A stretch of DNA of 64,000 nucleotides from an uncultured Aliarcobacter sp. (GCA_963677435.1 OY781945.1:2496001-2560000), one strand, 5' to 3'. Shown: positions 1 through 12,116, numbered from the stretch's first letter. A program made the numbers and translations. Notes: generated by a model from the sequence alone, not told the origin.

Positions 1-486
1 ATTGGGTGCATAAGGAGTTGATTCAGTAAATAAATCATTTGGATTAAGACTAAGTGTTCCATATACTTCATCAGTTGAAATATGATGAAATCTTGCATTT
101 TGATATTTTTCTTTATAAGAAAATGGTTTATTCATCCAATATTTATATGCAACATCAATTAATGTAAATGTTCCATTTACATTTGTTTGTATAAATACTC
201 CTGGATTTTTAATAGAATTATCTACATGAGATTCAGCAGCAAAATGAATAATACCTGAAATATCATATTCAGAAAAAATAAATTCTACTAATTCTCTATT
301 ACAAATATCACCTTTTATAAATTTATATCTAGAATTATTTTCACACTCTTTTAAATTATCTAAATTTCCTGCATAAGTTAATAAATCTAAATTTATTAAC
401 TTATATTCTGGATATTTATCTAAAAAATATGGAACAAAGTTCGATCCTATAAATCCAGCTGTTCCTGTTAGTAATATATTTTTCAT
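1..486 (-). CDS. rfbB: dTDP-glucose 4,6-dehydratase (5' part; runs off window start)
   Basis: Manual translation from ATG at 486: MKNILLTGTAGFIGSNF...HFAAESHVDNSI...HISTDEVYG. Directly follows rfbA. Confidence 0.95.
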   Translation of the reverse strand, partial: MKNILLTGTAGFIGSNFVPYFLDKYPEYKLINLDLLTYAGNLDNLKECENNSRYKFIKGDICNRELVEFIFSEYDISGIIHFAAESHVDNSIKNPGVFIQTNVNGTFTLIDVAYKYWMNKPFSYKEKYQNARFHHISTDEVYGTLSLNPNDLFTESTPYAPN

Positions 487-1356
487 TTATTTTTCTTTTA
501 CTAAATCAATTAAATATTGGCCATATCCATTTTTAGATAAAGGTTTTGCTATTTTTAGTACTTGTTCTTTTGAAATCCATTTGTTATTATAGGCAATCTC
601 TTCTAAGCAAGCTATTTTATATCCTTGCCTATGTTCAATTGTTTGTACAAATTGCCCAGCTTCAATCAAGCTATCATGAGTTCCTGTATCAAGCCATGCA
701 AATCCACGTCCTAAAAGTTCAACTTTAAGTTTAGCCCTTTTTAAATACTCTTCATTTATTGATGTTATTTCTAACTCTCCTCTTGAAGATGGTTTTACAT
801 TTTTTGCAATTTCAATAACACTGTTATCATAGAAATATAATCCAGTTACTGCAAAGTTTGATTTTGCTCTAGTAGGTTTTTCTTCAATACTAATTGCCTT
901 ATTATTTTCATCAAATTCAACTACACCAAATCTTTCTGGATCCTTAACTTGATATCCAAAAACTATTGCTCCATCTTCTAAAGAAGCTGCTTTTTTAAGT
1001 ATCGGAGTAAATCCTTGTCCATAAAAAATATTATCTCCAAGAATTAAGCAAACATTATCTTTTGAGATAAAATTTTCAGCCAAAATAAAAGCTTGGGCTA
1101 ATCCATCAGGATTTGCTTGGATTTTATATTCTAAATTTATTCCCCAATCACTACCATCACCTAAAAGTTCTTCAAATTTCCCAATATCATGAGGAGTTGA
1201 AATAATCAATATTTCTTTTATTCCTGCAAGCATTAAAACAGATAAAGGATAATAAATCATTGGTTTATCATAAATAGGTAGTAATTGTTTACTAATACTT
1301 CTTGTTACTGGATAAAGTCTTGTTCCACTTCCTCCTGCTAATATTATACCTTTCAT
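487..1356 (-). CDS. rfbA: glucose-1-phosphate thymidylyltransferase
   Basis: [32 protein letters not shown] and [10 protein letters not shown] motifs. Confidence 0.97.
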   Translation of the reverse strand: MKGIILAGGSGTRLYPVTRSISKQLLPIYDKPMIYYPLSVLMLAGIKEILIISTPHDIGKFEELLGDGSDWGINLEYKIQANPDGLAQAFILAENFISKDNVCLILGDNIFYGQGFTPILKKAASLEDGAIVFGYQVKDPERFGVVEFDENNKAISIEEKPTRAKSNFAVTGLYFYDNSVIEIAKNVKPSSRGELEITSINEEYLKRAKLKVELLGRGFAWLDTGTHDSLIEAGQFVQTIEHRQGYKIACLEEIAYNNKWISKEQVLKIAKPLSKNGYGQYLIDLVKEK

Positions 1357-1571
1357 TTATCATGATCTCCAATCACCATACTTTTAATATTATAATTAAC
1401 TTGATTTTTATTATTAAAATATAAATTAAATTTCATACTATTTTTCACCGTTTTATTTATTTGTTCTGTTGAGAATTCTAAAGTTCTACCATATACATCA
1501 AATAACGCATCAATTCTAAGTTTTAATATATCAAATGTTATTATCATGTCGATTTTTTTAGATTTAATCAT
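1353..1571 (-). CDS. small hypothetical protein (72 aa)
   Basis: ORF fills the wzz-rfbA gap, overlapping the wzz stop and the rfbA ATG (ATGA). Confidence 0.4.
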   Translation of the reverse strand: MIKSKKIDMIITFDILKLRIDALFDVYGRTLEFSTEQINKTVKNSMKFNLYFNNKNQVNYNIKSMVIGDHDK

Positions 1572-2670
1572 TATTTTTTCTTAAATAATTTATAAATTGT
1601 ATAAGAAATATTAAAAAAATTGAAAAGATAAATCCACTTATAAAAGCAGAAATAATAATAAGACTTTTTTTAGGTTTAATAGGATTATTATTGAATGTGA
1701 AATTTCCTATCATCTCACTATTCTTTGCTATATTATTTGTCAATTTTAATTTCTCAAATTCTAAATTATTATTTAAATTATTTATTTTTTCTTCTAGTTT
1801 TATATTTAAATCTATCTCTAAATTTTTCACATTTTCATTAATTAAGTTTTCTTTCTTAACTTCTAAATCTTTTAATTTTAAATTTAATATATCTTCTTTT
1901 TCTTTTGTCAAATTTTCTATTGTATTTTGTATACTTAAAATTAAATTTTGTGTATTTAAAAGTTGTATAGACATAAGCATATTTTGACTATTATCAGTTG
2001 AACTTTGTTTTGAAATTTTTATGATATCATTTTGATATTCATTCAATTTTTTCTGATTAAATATTAATTTGTTTTCTATAGATTTTAAATCTACATTTTT
2101 TAATAATTCTATTTCTTGATTTATTCTAGGAATTTCTTGTTCTTTTATTTTATCTATGTTTTGTTTTATGCTTGGTTTCTCTATATTTTCAACATATTTA
2201 ATTTGAGTCTCTATATTTTTTATATTTATATCAGTTTTTAATATAAATTCATCAATCTTAAATTTATATTCATTTTGTATAAATTCTATTACTTCTTTAT
2301 TTTTTTTAATTGCTAGTTCATTTGAATATCCTTCAGTCGTAATTTCTAAAAAATTATTAGCATTTTTAATACTAGATATTTCAGTTAATTTAGCTTTATC
2401 TTTTTCGTCAGTTAATTTTGTCTTAGGTGAAAAAATTAATTTAAGTTTCGTTTCTAAAATATTAGCATTTTCAACTAAAGCGCCGCCAATATAACCAATT
2501 CTAACTACAGATTTTACTTCGTAAATTGGTGTTTTTACACTAACATAAATAACTGCTAAAAAAGTGACGATTAATGTAACAATTAATATAAAAAACTTTT
2601 TTTTAATAATTGTTTTAAATACTTCTCTTAAATCTATTTCATCTTCTGTTATGTATTCTTTATCTTGCAA
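1564..2670 (-). CDS. wzz: Wzz-type polysaccharide chain-length determinant
   Basis: EDEIDL-E N-terminus, TM helix, long coiled coil, PIKPKK motif followed by a C-terminal TM helix. Confidence 0.88.
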   Translation of the reverse strand: MQDKEYITEDEIDLREVFKTIIKKKFFILIVTLIVTFLAVIYVSVKTPIYEVKSVVRIGYIGGALVENANILETKLKLIFSPKTKLTDEKDKAKLTEISSIKNANNFLEITTEGYSNELAIKKNKEVIEFIQNEYKFKIDEFILKTDINIKNIETQIKYVENIEKPSIKQNIDKIKEQEIPRINQEIELLKNVDLKSIENKLIFNQKKLNEYQNDIIKISKQSSTDNSQNMLMSIQLLNTQNLILSIQNTIENLTKEKEDILNLKLKDLEVKKENLINENVKNLEIDLNIKLEEKINNLNNNLEFEKLKLTNNIAKNSEMIGNFTFNNNPIKPKKSLIIISAFISGFIFSIFLIFLIQFINYLRKNND

Positions 2671-2817
2671 GATTATTCCCTAAAAATTAAGTTTGTGATT
2701 ATAGCTAATCAAATGACTCATAATTGACTCTTTTTTCAAAAAGAGAAAATATCTATTAATTTGCTATTATAATTGTTAATTGTACAACCATTTATCTAAT
2801 AATAAGTTTACATATTT

Positions 2818-4260
2818 TTACAAAATATCTGGAATATCGATATTTGTTTCTCTTTCTGTATCTGCAATATTTTCAAATACCATTTCTATTGGCGCACTAC
2901 TATGGTCATTTTCTTTGTCAACAAATCTTGTAAGGGCTTTTTGGAAATTAAGTTTTACTGTTCCAATTGGTCCATTTCTTTGTTTTCCTATAATTACTTC
3001 TGCTTCTTCTTCTGGTTTATTTATAAATTTTGATTTATAATCTTCACCTTTATCTTTGGCTTCTTTCTCTTTTCTTGCTTCATCTCTTTCTTTATAAACA
3101 TCATCCCTATAAACAAACATGATAATATCCGCATCTTGCTCGATGGCTCCAGATTCTCTTAAATCTGATAACATTGGTCTTTTATCTGGTCTATTTTCAA
3201 GTCCCCTATTTAACTGAGAAAGGGCAATAATAGGAATTTTCATCTCCCTTGCAAGCATTTTAAGTCCCCTTGAAATATCAGAAACCTCTTGGTGTCTATC
3301 TTTATTTCCAGTTCCTTGCATTAGCTGAAGGTAATCGATGATTACAAGTTTTATATTATTTGCTTCATTTTGGGCAAGTTTCCGCACTCTTGCACGAAGT
3401 TGATTAATATTAATACTTCCACCATCATCCACAAAAAGTTTTTTTGTATTTAAATCATCAAAAGCACCACTTAAGTTTGTCCATTGTTGATCATCCATAT
3501 CACCTTTTCTGAGATTTTGTAATGGAATTGAAGTTTTTGCAGATAACATCCTTAACATCAATTGTTCTGCTGGCATTTCTAGGGAGAAAAATATTACACC
3601 TTTTCCCGCTTCAACATTTTTTAAAGCCATATTTAAAACAAGTGCAGTTTTTCCCATCGCTGGCCGTGCTGCAATAATAATTAAATCTCCTGAGTTAAAA
3701 CCTGTTGTTCTTCTATCCAGTGCTTCAAATCCTGTTGTTTCACCAATAAGATGTTTATTCCCCATCTTTTTCATTTGCTCTATATATGAAAGAGTTTCGT
3801 GTGTTATGGCTTTCATATCTTTTAATTCAGATGTTGCTGAATCAGTAGAGATTTTGTAAAGTTCACCTTGAATTGTATCAAGTGCTTCGTTTGCACTCAT
3901 TTCCTCTTCAATTGCTACTTTTTTTATTGTTGTTGCAAGTGTTGCTAACTCTCTTTTTACTGAACCATCTTTAATTTCACGAACATATGCTAAAGTATTT
4001 GTAATTGGATTTGCTGAAAGTATTTCTAATAAAATAGAGTCATCAACATCTTTTGCATCAACTCTTTTTCTTATAAATTCTTCATCAATTGGCATATCAT
4101 CATTATGAAGTTTTACCATTACCTCAAATATTTTTTTATGTGCTGGTAAATAAAAATCTTTAGGTTTTAATACACCTAAAACATCTTCAAGTTCTTCAGG
4201 ATTAAAAAGAATAGAGCTTAGTACAGCTCTTTCTATATTTATACTATATACGCTATCCAT
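2818..4260 (-). CDS. dnaB: replicative DNA helicase
   Basis: AARPAMGKT Walker A, FSLEM, IIDYLQLM, LSQLNR, DLRESGAIEQDAD, KQRNGP. Confidence 0.98.
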   Translation of the reverse strand: MDSVYSINIERAVLSSILFNPEELEDVLGVLKPKDFYLPAHKKIFEVMVKLHNDDMPIDEEFIRKRVDAKDVDDSILLEILSANPITNTLAYVREIKDGSVKRELATLATTIKKVAIEEEMSANEALDTIQGELYKISTDSATSELKDMKAITHETLSYIEQMKKMGNKHLIGETTGFEALDRRTTGFNSGDLIIIAARPAMGKTALVLNMALKNVEAGKGVIFFSLEMPAEQLMLRMLSAKTSIPLQNLRKGDMDDQQWTNLSGAFDDLNTKKLFVDDGGSININQLRARVRKLAQNEANNIKLVIIDYLQLMQGTGNKDRHQEVSDISRGLKMLAREMKIPIIALSQLNRGLENRPDKRPMLSDLRESGAIEQDADIIMFVYRDDVYKERDEARKEKEAKDKGEDYKSKFINKPEEEAEVIIGKQRNGPIGTVKLNFQKALTRFVDKENDHSSAPIEMVFENIADTERETNIDIPDIL

Positions 4261-5321
4261 TATTTTCTTTTTTCTGCTTCGATTTCAACTTCTTCTATAA
4301 ATCTATTTATCAACGCATCTCCTGATAGTTTGGCAATAATTTCACCTTTTTTCATTACAAGTCCGCTTCCTTTTCCAAAAGCAATTGCAACATCAGCAGA
4401 TTTTGCTTCTCCGATTGCATTTACAACACAACCCATAACTGAAACATCAAGTGGTGTTTTTATATGTTTTGTTCTTCGCTCAACTTCAGCCACGGCACTT
4501 ACTAAATCTGCTTCTATTCTTCCACATGTTGGACAAGAAACTATATTTAAGCCCTCTTTTGCAATTCCAACATCTTTAAGTATTGCTTTTCCAACTTTTA
4601 TCTCTTCTTCAAGTTCACCAGTCATTGAAACTCTTAAAGTATCACCAATTCCATCAAGTAATAAAGAACCTAAGGCAATTGATGATTTGATTGTTGAGTG
4701 AAATTGAGTTCCGGCTTCTGTAACTCCTAAGTGAAATGGATAGTTATTCATAGGTCTTAATTTTCTATAAGCTTCCACTGTTCTTTGAACATCACTAGCT
4801 TTTAGAGAAATTTTCATATTTGTAAAACCTAAATCTTCAAGATATTTGATATTATAATCAGCACTTGCAACCATACCTTCTGGTGTTTGTCCATATTTAT
4901 CTTCAAACTGTTTTTCAAGCGACCCTGAATTTACTCCAATTCTAATAGGTATATTTCGCTCTGTACAAGCCTTAACAACTTCTTGAACTCTTTTTCTATC
5001 TCCAATATTTCCTGGATTTATTCTAATACAATCTACAACTTCAGCAGCAATTAAAGCTAATTTATAATGAAAATGAATGTCTGCTACAAGTGGTAGAGAA
5101 ACTTGTGATTTAATCTCTTTTAATGCTAAGGCTGCTTCCATATTTGGAACAGCAACTCTTACTATATCAGCACCAGCAAAATGTAAAGCTGTAATTTGTT
5201 CAACTGTTGCTTTTATATCTGATGTTTTTGTAAATGTCATTGATTGTACAGGAATTGGAGCATCGCCACCAATTGGTACATTTCCGACGAATATTTGTTT
5301 AGTTGGGTATCTTTTTATCAT
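4260..5321 (-). CDS. ispG: HMBPP synthase
   Basis: [38 protein letters not shown]. Confidence 0.98.
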   Translation of the reverse strand: MIKRYPTKQIFVGNVPIGGDAPIPVQSMTFTKTSDIKATVEQITALHFAGADIVRVAVPNMEAALALKEIKSQVSLPLVADIHFHYKLALIAAEVVDCIRINPGNIGDRKRVQEVVKACTERNIPIRIGVNSGSLEKQFEDKYGQTPEGMVASADYNIKYLEDLGFTNMKISLKASDVQRTVEAYRKLRPMNNYPFHLGVTEAGTQFHSTIKSSIALGSLLLDGIGDTLRVSMTGELEEEIKVGKAILKDVGIAKEGLNIVSCPTCGRIEADLVSAVAEVERRTKHIKTPLDVSVMGCVVNAIGEAKSADVAIAFGKGSGLVMKKGEIIAKLSGDALINRFIEEVEIEAEKRK

Positions 5322-5327
5322 AGCGTG

Positions 5328-5336
5328 ATTTTATCA
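5328..5336 (-). promoter_or_regulatory. extended -10 element of ispG (TGATAAAAT)
   Basis: Minus strand TGA-TAAAAT-CACGCT-ATG. Confidence 0.6.
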
Positions 5337-5430
5337 CAAATTTATTAATTCTAAATGAAAACCTTAATCAAAAGAAAAGTTATCTTTCAATACAATCAAT
5401 TCATATAAATCTACTAAAAGTCTATAATTA

Positions 5431-7509
5431 ATGTACAAAAAGAAAAAAAATATTTTCATTGCTGTCTTGTGTTTTTTAATTTTAACTATTTTTATAGTAT
5501 CAGGAACTTACTACTATATTTCAGATAAACAAAAAACGCTTTTAACTTCTATTTACAATTCTACAAATACAAATATTTTAAAATTAACAGAAAATTTTTT
5601 AACAAATAAAAGAGATGCAACCCTATCAATTGCCTTAGCACTTGCAAAAGATAATGAATTGCAAAAATTTATTATCAATCAAGAGTATGAAAATTTTAAT
5701 TACAAAGAAATTTCTGAACAAATGAAGGAAAACACAAAATTCAAAAATATTTGGATTCAAATTGTAGATAAAAATGGAAATAGTATTTACCGTTCATGGA
5801 CTGATAAAAAAGGTGATAATCTTCTTTTTAGGAAAGATTTAAAAAATTTTATTGAAAATAAAACTATATCAACTTCAATTAGCGTAGCATTATATTCAAT
5901 GACAATAAAAGCTCGAGCTCCAATAATTGATAGAAAAAATAATTTTTTAGGAGCTATTGAAGTAATTAGCCATTTTGATTCTATTGCTTATGACTTAAAA
6001 GAAAATAATATTGATTCAATTGTAATAGCAGATAAAAAATATAAAGAAGTTATCAAACTTCCTTACACAGAAACATTTATAGGTGATTATTATATTGCAA
6101 ATAAAAATGCAAATAAAGAATTAGTTAACTATTTAACTAGTAATAAAATAGAAAACTATTTAAATATTGACACTTATATTATTGAAAATAATTATCTAAT
6201 TTCAAAATATAATCTTTTTAATGACAAACATGAAAGATTAGGAGATATTGTAAATTTTATTAAATTAAGTGATATAGATATGCAAGTTGTAAAATCTTTC
6301 AAAATTCAAATTGTAATGATATCTATAATTATTCTAATAGTAATTTTCTTCTCTTTTTTACTATATTTATATTCAAGTTATCTAAAACAGTTAAAAATTC
6401 AAGAAAAGAAAAAAGAATCAATTCTTAATTCTCAACAAAATATTATTGTAATCACAAATGGAGCTGAACTAATTGATGCAAATAAAAGATTATATGATTT
6501 CTTTAGTGATACAAAAGATTTAGCAAGTTTCCGAGAAAAATATAAATGTATTTGTACTTCTTTCATCAATATGGAAAATGACTTATACATTATAGAAAAG
6601 TATTATAATGGCAAAAACTGGGCAGAATATATTCTTGCAAATCCAACACAAAATTTTAGAGTAGCAATGAAAAATATGAAAAATGAAATTAGACATTTTT
6701 CTATTAAATGCTCAAAATTCAAGCTTGAAGAATTAATTATTGTTACTTTAACTGATATAACTCAAGAGATATTGCAAATTGAAGCCAATAAAGAAAAAGA
6801 TAGAATATTTTTTCAACAATCAAAAATTGCAGCCATATCAGATACCCTTAAGCATATTGCTCATCAATGGAGACAACCTTTAAGTGTTATTAGCACAATT
6901 ACTAGTGGAATGAAACTTCAAAAAGAGTTAAAATTATTAGATGATAATACATTTAATGAATCATGTGATTTAATAATTGATAATACAAATAAGTTATCGC
7001 TTACAATAGAAAATTTTACAAACTTTTTTAATAAAGATGAGGAAATAACAAAATTTCAACTAGTAGAAAATATAAGTAATACAAAAAACTTTATGCATTC
7101 AATTTTAAAAGAAAATAATATAAAATGTTCATTAGTTTATGATAATGATTTAATTTTGAATTGTAATAAAAGTGACTTTACACAAGCTATTTTTAATATT
7201 TTAGATAATTCTATTCATGCTTTAATATCAAAGCAAAATATTGATGATAGATTTATATTTATTGAATTTAAAAATAAAATCTTAGAAATAAAAGATTCTG
7301 GAAATGGAATAGATGAAGATATTATTTCAAAAATTTTAGAGCCCTATTTTACTACAAAACATGAATCTTTTGGAGTAGGACTAGGGTTATATATAGTAAA
7401 TGAGCTTTTTGTTAAGAACTTAGGTTATAAAATTGATATAAAAAATGTAACTTATACTTATGATAATAAAAATTATAATGGTACGAGTTTTATTATTGAT
7501 TTTAATTAA
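5431..7509 (+). CDS. membrane sensor histidine kinase (Cache-like periplasmic domain, PAS-like linker)
   Basis: Two TM segments, H-box AHQWRQPL, N-box NILDNS, DSGNGI, FTTK, GVGLGL. Confidence 0.9.
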   Translation: MYKKKKNIFIAVLCFLILTIFIVSGTYYYISDKQKTLLTSIYNSTNTNILKLTENFLTNKRDATLSIALALAKDNELQKFIINQEYENFNYKEISEQMKENTKFKNIWIQIVDKNGNSIYRSWTDKKGDNLLFRKDLKNFIENKTISTSISVALYSMTIKARAPIIDRKNNFLGAIEVISHFDSIAYDLKENNIDSIVIADKKYKEVIKLPYTETFIGDYYIANKNANKELVNYLTSNKIENYLNIDTYIIENNYLISKYNLFNDKHERLGDIVNFIKLSDIDMQVVKSFKIQIVMISIIILIVIFFSFLLYLYSSYLKQLKIQEKKKESILNSQQNIIVITNGAELIDANKRLYDFFSDTKDLASFREKYKCICTSFINMENDLYIIEKYYNGKNWAEYILANPTQNFRVAMKNMKNEIRHFSIKCSKFKLEELIIVTLTDITQEILQIEANKEKDRIFFQQSKIAAISDTLKHIAHQWRQPLSVISTITSGMKLQKELKLLDDNTFNESCDLIIDNTNKLSLTIENFTNFFNKDEEITKFQLVENISNTKNFMHSILKENNIKCSLVYDNDLILNCNKSDFTQAIFNILDNSIHALISKQNIDDRFIFIEFKNKILEIKDSGNGIDEDIISKILEPYFTTKHESFGVGLGLYIVNELFVKNLGYKIDIKNVTYTYDNKNYNGTSFIIDFN

Positions 7510-7564
7510 ACTTCTATTTTGTAAAGATTAGATACAATGCACGGATTATAAGAAAAGGGGCGGT

Positions 7565-8299
7565 ATGCAAGATTTTTCTATTTTTGATTTAATTATTATA
7601 TCTGTTACTCTAATATTGGGACTTAAAGGACTATTTAGAGGATTAATAAAAGAGATATTTGGAATTGTTGGTATCATTGGTGCAATTTTTGTGGCATCAA
7701 GAATTTCAAAAGATGTGGGAGATTTAATTGCTCCAATTTTAGCTATACAAAGTGAAGCAACAACAAAATTAATTGGTTTTATAATTGCTTTAATTGGTTT
7801 TTGGTTAATTGTTTATGTTCTTGGCGTAATAGTTAGTAAAATCTTTTCAGCAAGTGGATTAGGTGTTGTAGATAGGATTTTTGGATTTTTGTTTGGTGCC
7901 GCAAAGGTATTTTTAATATTTTCAGTTATTGCTTATGCCTTATATCAAGTTCAATCATTTAGAAAATTAATAGATGAAAAATTTGCAAATTCTTATGTAA
8001 TGCCTCATTTAATAAGTGTAGGTTCATATATAATCAAGCTTGATACAAGTGCAATTACAAATAGTGTTGATAAAGTAATAGATTCAGCAAAAACTTCAGA
8101 AATTTTAGATGAAACTAAAAATAGTATAAAAGAAGGTGTAGAAGCAACTACACAAAGTGTAAAAGGTGCTGTTCAAGAAGAGATTGTAAATAATATTCAA
8201 GAAAAATTTGAAGAAACAAAAGCAGCTACAGAAGAACAAATAGATACTACAAAAAATAAATTAAAAAGTATAGCTAACAAATCAGAAGAAAATAAATAA
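7565..8299 (+). CDS. cvpA: CvpA family membrane protein
   Basis: GLFRGLIKE and DRIFGFLFG motifs; upstream of lysS. Confidence 0.85.
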   Translation: MQDFSIFDLIIISVTLILGLKGLFRGLIKEIFGIVGIIGAIFVASRISKDVGDLIAPILAIQSEATTKLIGFIIALIGFWLIVYVLGVIVSKIFSASGLGVVDRIFGFLFGAAKVFLIFSVIAYALYQVQSFRKLIDEKFANSYVMPHLISVGSYIIKLDTSAITNSVDKVIDSAKTSEILDETKNSIKEGVEATTQSVKGAVQEEIVNNIQEKFEETKAATEEQIDTTKNKLKSIANKSEENK

Positions 8300-8311
8300 A
8301 GGGATTTAATA

Positions 8312-9835
8312 TTGTTTGAAAATAAATATATACAACAAAGAATAGAAAAAGCAGAAAAATTAAGAGAGTTAGGAATTAATCCTTATTCAAATGAAAGCTT
8401 AAGAAATTGTACGATTACAAAATATTTAAATGTAAATAGTGATATTGTAAATACTGAAGATAAAAGAGATGAGAATAGATCTTACACAGTTGCTGGAAGA
8501 ATCAAACTTTTTAGATTAATGGGAAAAGCCTCTTTTTTAAAAATCGAAGATGAGAGTGGAATTCTTCAAATATATCTTTCAAGAGATCATTTACCAGAAG
8601 GTTTTTATAATGATGTTTTCAAAAAGATTGTAGAAGTTGGAGACATTGTTGAAGTAACAGGATTCCCATTTGTAACTGGACATGGTGAACTTTCACTTCA
8701 TGCAAATGATTTAAGAATACTTACAAAAGCTATTTCACCACTTCCTGAGAAATACCATGGTATTCAAGATAAAGAGTTAAGATATAGACAAAGATATTTA
8801 GATTTAATTATGAATTCTGAAGTGCGAAAAACTTTCCATATTAGATCAAAAGTTATAAGTTTAACTAGAAGATTTTTTGAAAATAAAGGTTTCTTAGAAG
8901 TTGAAACTCCAATGATGCATCCAATCGCAGGTGGAGCAAATGCTAAACCATTTGTTACTCACCACAATGCTTTAGGGATTGATAGATTTTTAAGAATTGC
9001 ACCTGAGTTATATCTAAAAAGATGTATTGTTGGTGGATTTGAAGCTGTATTTGAAATAAACAGATGTTTTAGAAATGAAGGAATGGATGCAACACATAAT
9101 CCTGAATTTACTTCAATTGAATTTTATTGGGCATATAAAACTTATAAAGATTTAATTGTTTTAACAAAAGAGTATTTTGAGTATTTATTTGAACACTTAG
9201 ACTTACCAACAGTTTTACCTTATGGAGAGTTAAAAATAGATTTTAGTAAATTTACAGAAATTCCATTAATCCAATCTTTAGTAGAAATTGGTGGAGTTCC
9301 TGCTGATATTGTTGAAGATAAAGATAAAATTATTGCTTTTATGAAAGAAAATAAACTAGAAGTAAATGCTAAAATGAATATTGGTCAACTTCAAGGTGAA
9401 TTATTTGATGAATATGTTGAAGCAAAACTAATAAATCCAACATTTATTACAGAATATCCAGTTGAAATTTCACCATTAGCAAGAAGAAATGACGAGAAAC
9501 CTCATTTAACTGATAGATTTGAATTATTTATTGCAGGAAAAGAGATAGCAAATGCCTTCTCAGAGTTAAATGACCCACTTGACCAACTTCAAAGATTCCA
9601 AGGCCAAATGGAAGCAAAAGAGTGTGGTGGAGATGATGAAGCTCATGAAATGGATGAAGACTTTGTAAATGCTTTATCTTATGGTATGGCTCCAACAGCA
9701 GGTCAAGGTATTGGTATTGATAGATTAGTAATGATGCTTACAAATGAGCACTCAATTAGAGATGTGTTACTATTCCCAGCAATGAAACCAATTAAACAAG
9801 AAATAAATCTTTATGAAGAAGAACAAGGAGAATAA
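8312..9835 (+). CDS. lysS: lysine--tRNA ligase
   Basis: [41 protein letters not shown] start. Confidence 0.98.
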   Translation: MFENKYIQQRIEKAEKLRELGINPYSNESLRNCTITKYLNVNSDIVNTEDKRDENRSYTVAGRIKLFRLMGKASFLKIEDESGILQIYLSRDHLPEGFYNDVFKKIVEVGDIVEVTGFPFVTGHGELSLHANDLRILTKAISPLPEKYHGIQDKELRYRQRYLDLIMNSEVRKTFHIRSKVISLTRRFFENKGFLEVETPMMHPIAGGANAKPFVTHHNALGIDRFLRIAPELYLKRCIVGGFEAVFEINRCFRNEGMDATHNPEFTSIEFYWAYKTYKDLIVLTKEYFEYLFEHLDLPTVLPYGELKIDFSKFTEIPLIQSLVEIGGVPADIVEDKDKIIAFMKENKLEVNAKMNIGQLQGELFDEYVEAKLINPTFITEYPVEISPLARRNDEKPHLTDRFELFIAGKEIANAFSELNDPLDQLQRFQGQMEAKECGGDDEAHEMDEDFVNALSYGMAPTAGQGIGIDRLVMMLTNEHSIRDVLLFPAMKPIKQEINLYEEEQGE

Positions 9836-9838
9836 TCA

Positions 9839-11101
9839 ATGAATTACATAACAAACGCAACGCTAGAACAAGCAGATAAAGAAGTATTTGACATAATCGA
9901 AAACGAATTAAAAAGACAAACAAATCACTTAGAGATGATTGCAAGTGAAAACTTTACAAGTCCAGCTGTTATGCAAGCTATGGGTTCTGTTTTTACTAAC
10001 AAATATGCTGAGGGTTATCCTTACAAAAGATATTATGGTGGTTGTGAATTTGCTGATAAAGTTGAGCAATTAGCAATTGACAGAGCTTGTGAAATCTTTG
10101 GTTGTTCATATGCTAATGTTCAACCTCATTCAGGGTCTCAAGCTAATGGTGCTGTTTATGCTGCTTTAATAAATGCTGGTGATAGAATCTTAGGTATGGA
10201 TTTATCTCATGGTGGACATTTAACTCATGGATCAAAACCAAGTTTTTCTGGTAAAAACTATTCTGCATTTTATTATGGTGTTGAACTTGATGGTAGAATC
10301 AATTATGATAAAGTTATGGAAATTGCAAAAGTTTGTCAACCAAAAATCATTGTTTGTGGTGCTAGTGCATATGCAAGAGAGATTGACTTTGCTAAATTCA
10401 GAGAAATAGCTGATAGCGTTGGTGCTATTTTATTTGCTGATATTGCACATATTGCAGGTCTTGTTGCTGCTGGTGAGCATCCAAATCCTTTCCCTTATGC
10501 AGATGTTGTAACAACTACTACTCATAAGACTCTAAGAGGTCCAAGAGGTGGAATGATTCTTACAAATGATGAAGATATTGCTAAAAAAATTAATAGTGCA
10601 ATTTTCCCAGGAATTCAAGGTGGACCACTTGTTCATGTAATTGCTGCAAAAGCAGTAGCATTTAAAGAGATTTTAGACCCAAAATGGAAAGATTATGCAA
10701 AACAAGTAAAAGCAAATGCTAAAATACTTGGAGAAGTTCTAATGAAAAGAGGATATGATTTAGTTTCAGGTGGAACAGATAATCACTTAGTATTAGTAAG
10801 TTTTTTAAATAAACCGTTCAGTGGTAAAGATGCAGATGCAGCTTTAGGAAATGCAGGAATTACAGTAAATAAAAATACAGTTCCAGGTGAGACAAGAAGT
10901 CCATTTGTAACAAGTGGTATAAGAATTGGGTCTCCTGCATTAACAGCACGAGGAATGAAAGAGAAAGAGTTTGAAATAATTGCAAATAAAATTTGTGATG
11001 TATTAGATAATATTGAAGATACAGCTCTTCATGCAAAAATAAATAAAGAATTAGAAGAATTAGCTGGGAATTTTGTGATTTACAATCAATCAACTTTCTA
11101 G
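9839..11101 (+). CDS. glyA: serine hydroxymethyltransferase
   Basis: [38 protein letters not shown]. Confidence 0.98.
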   Translation: MNYITNATLEQADKEVFDIIENELKRQTNHLEMIASENFTSPAVMQAMGSVFTNKYAEGYPYKRYYGGCEFADKVEQLAIDRACEIFGCSYANVQPHSGSQANGAVYAALINAGDRILGMDLSHGGHLTHGSKPSFSGKNYSAFYYGVELDGRINYDKVMEIAKVCQPKIIVCGASAYAREIDFAKFREIADSVGAILFADIAHIAGLVAAGEHPNPFPYADVVTTTTHKTLRGPRGGMILTNDEDIAKKINSAIFPGIQGGPLVHVIAAKAVAFKEILDPKWKDYAKQVKANAKILGEVLMKRGYDLVSGGTDNHLVLVSFLNKPFSGKDADAALGNAGITVNKNTVPGETRSPFVTSGIRIGSPALTARGMKEKEFEIIANKICDVLDNIEDTALHAKINKELEELAGNFVIYNQSTF

Positions 11102-11126
11102 TCTCTTTTTTATATAAGGATAAGTT

Positions 11127-12101
11127 ATGCAGATAAAAGGTGATGAGTTTATAAAAAAAGTTCAAATTCAACAAGAAAGAGAAGAATTAGAACGGAAGTT
11201 AAATGAACTTGAAGAAGTAGAAATGTCAATTAATAATGACTCTGTTATTTTGGAAAGAAATGATAATATAGATCAAAATGAACATGAGCTTGATAATATA
11301 ATGCTTGGTTCATCTAATAATTTTAATGAGGATAATAAGAAAAAATACCTAATTTTAGGTATTGTTCTTGTGGTTTTATTTTTATTAACAATAATTATTA
11401 TTCGCCTTTTAACTAATGATGCACCAAAAGAAGATCAATTTACATCTAATGGTGCAAACTCAACAGAGATGAAAAAATTATCTGAAAATGATAATATTGA
11501 AGAGAATTTTCAAAAGATCATTAATGAAAGAGTAAAAAAAGATACAAATGAACCAATGGTACCAGAAGTTCAAGGAACAACTCCAAGTCAAACACAAGAT
11601 AATACAAAAACTGAAGACAATACTAATTTACAAGCTTTTGAAAATTTACAAAAAGAAGCAGAAAACTATTCTCCTTCAAAAGGAATTTCAGATGAAGCAA
11701 TTGATCAAACTATAAAGAAAGTTGAGAAAAGTAAATCTACTACAAGAGAAAAAACGCCTGTAGTACAAAAAGAAGAGATTGTTCAAAAAAGAGTTGAAAC
11801 AAAAAAATCTTCAGTAAAAGATTTAGTTGATACACCATCAAGCAATAACTCATCTTCAAGCAGTATTTCAAGTGGATATTTTATACAAATTGGTGCATTT
11901 ACAAAAAAACCATCTGATAGTTATATTAATACTATTAGAACTGAAAAATTTAAATATAAAATATATCAAGATGTTGTAAAAGGAATCTCTTACAATAAAG
12001 TATTAATTGGACCTTATTCATCAAGAGCAGCAGCTAGTGAAGAGATGAATGATGTAAAACAAAAACTAAATGTAACAAGTGCATTTGTAGTTAAATTTTA
12101 A
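11127..12101 (+). CDS. SPOR-domain cell division protein (FtsN/DedD-like)
   Basis: Single TM helix, low-complexity linker, C-terminal YFIQIGAF...KVLIGPY SPOR domain. Confidence 0.85.
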   Translation: MQIKGDEFIKKVQIQQEREELERKLNELEEVEMSINNDSVILERNDNIDQNEHELDNIMLGSSNNFNEDNKKKYLILGIVLVVLFLLTIIIIRLLTNDAPKEDQFTSNGANSTEMKKLSENDNIEENFQKIINERVKKDTNEPMVPEVQGTTPSQTQDNTKTEDNTNLQAFENLQKEAENYSPSKGISDEAIDQTIKKVEKSKSTTREKTPVVQKEEIVQKRVETKKSSVKDLVDTPSSNNSSSSSISSGYFIQIGAFTKKPSDSYINTIRTEKFKYKIYQDVVKGISYNKVLIGPYSSRAAASEEMNDVKQKLNVTSAFVVKF

Positions 12102-12116
12102 AAAAAGTAGATATTA

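Noticed and set aside
2714..2730. TGACTC direct repeat upstream of wzz whose reverse complement matches 15 nt at the sufB start (48462)
   Set aside because: Matches of this length are expected by chance in 64 kb of AT-rich DNA, and the sufB copy is constrained by the RBS and ATG.
3010..3100. Charged insertion in DnaB (ERDEARKEKEAKDKGEDYK...)
   Set aside because: Corresponds to the known Helicobacter-type DnaB insertion; too short for an intein and has no splice residues.
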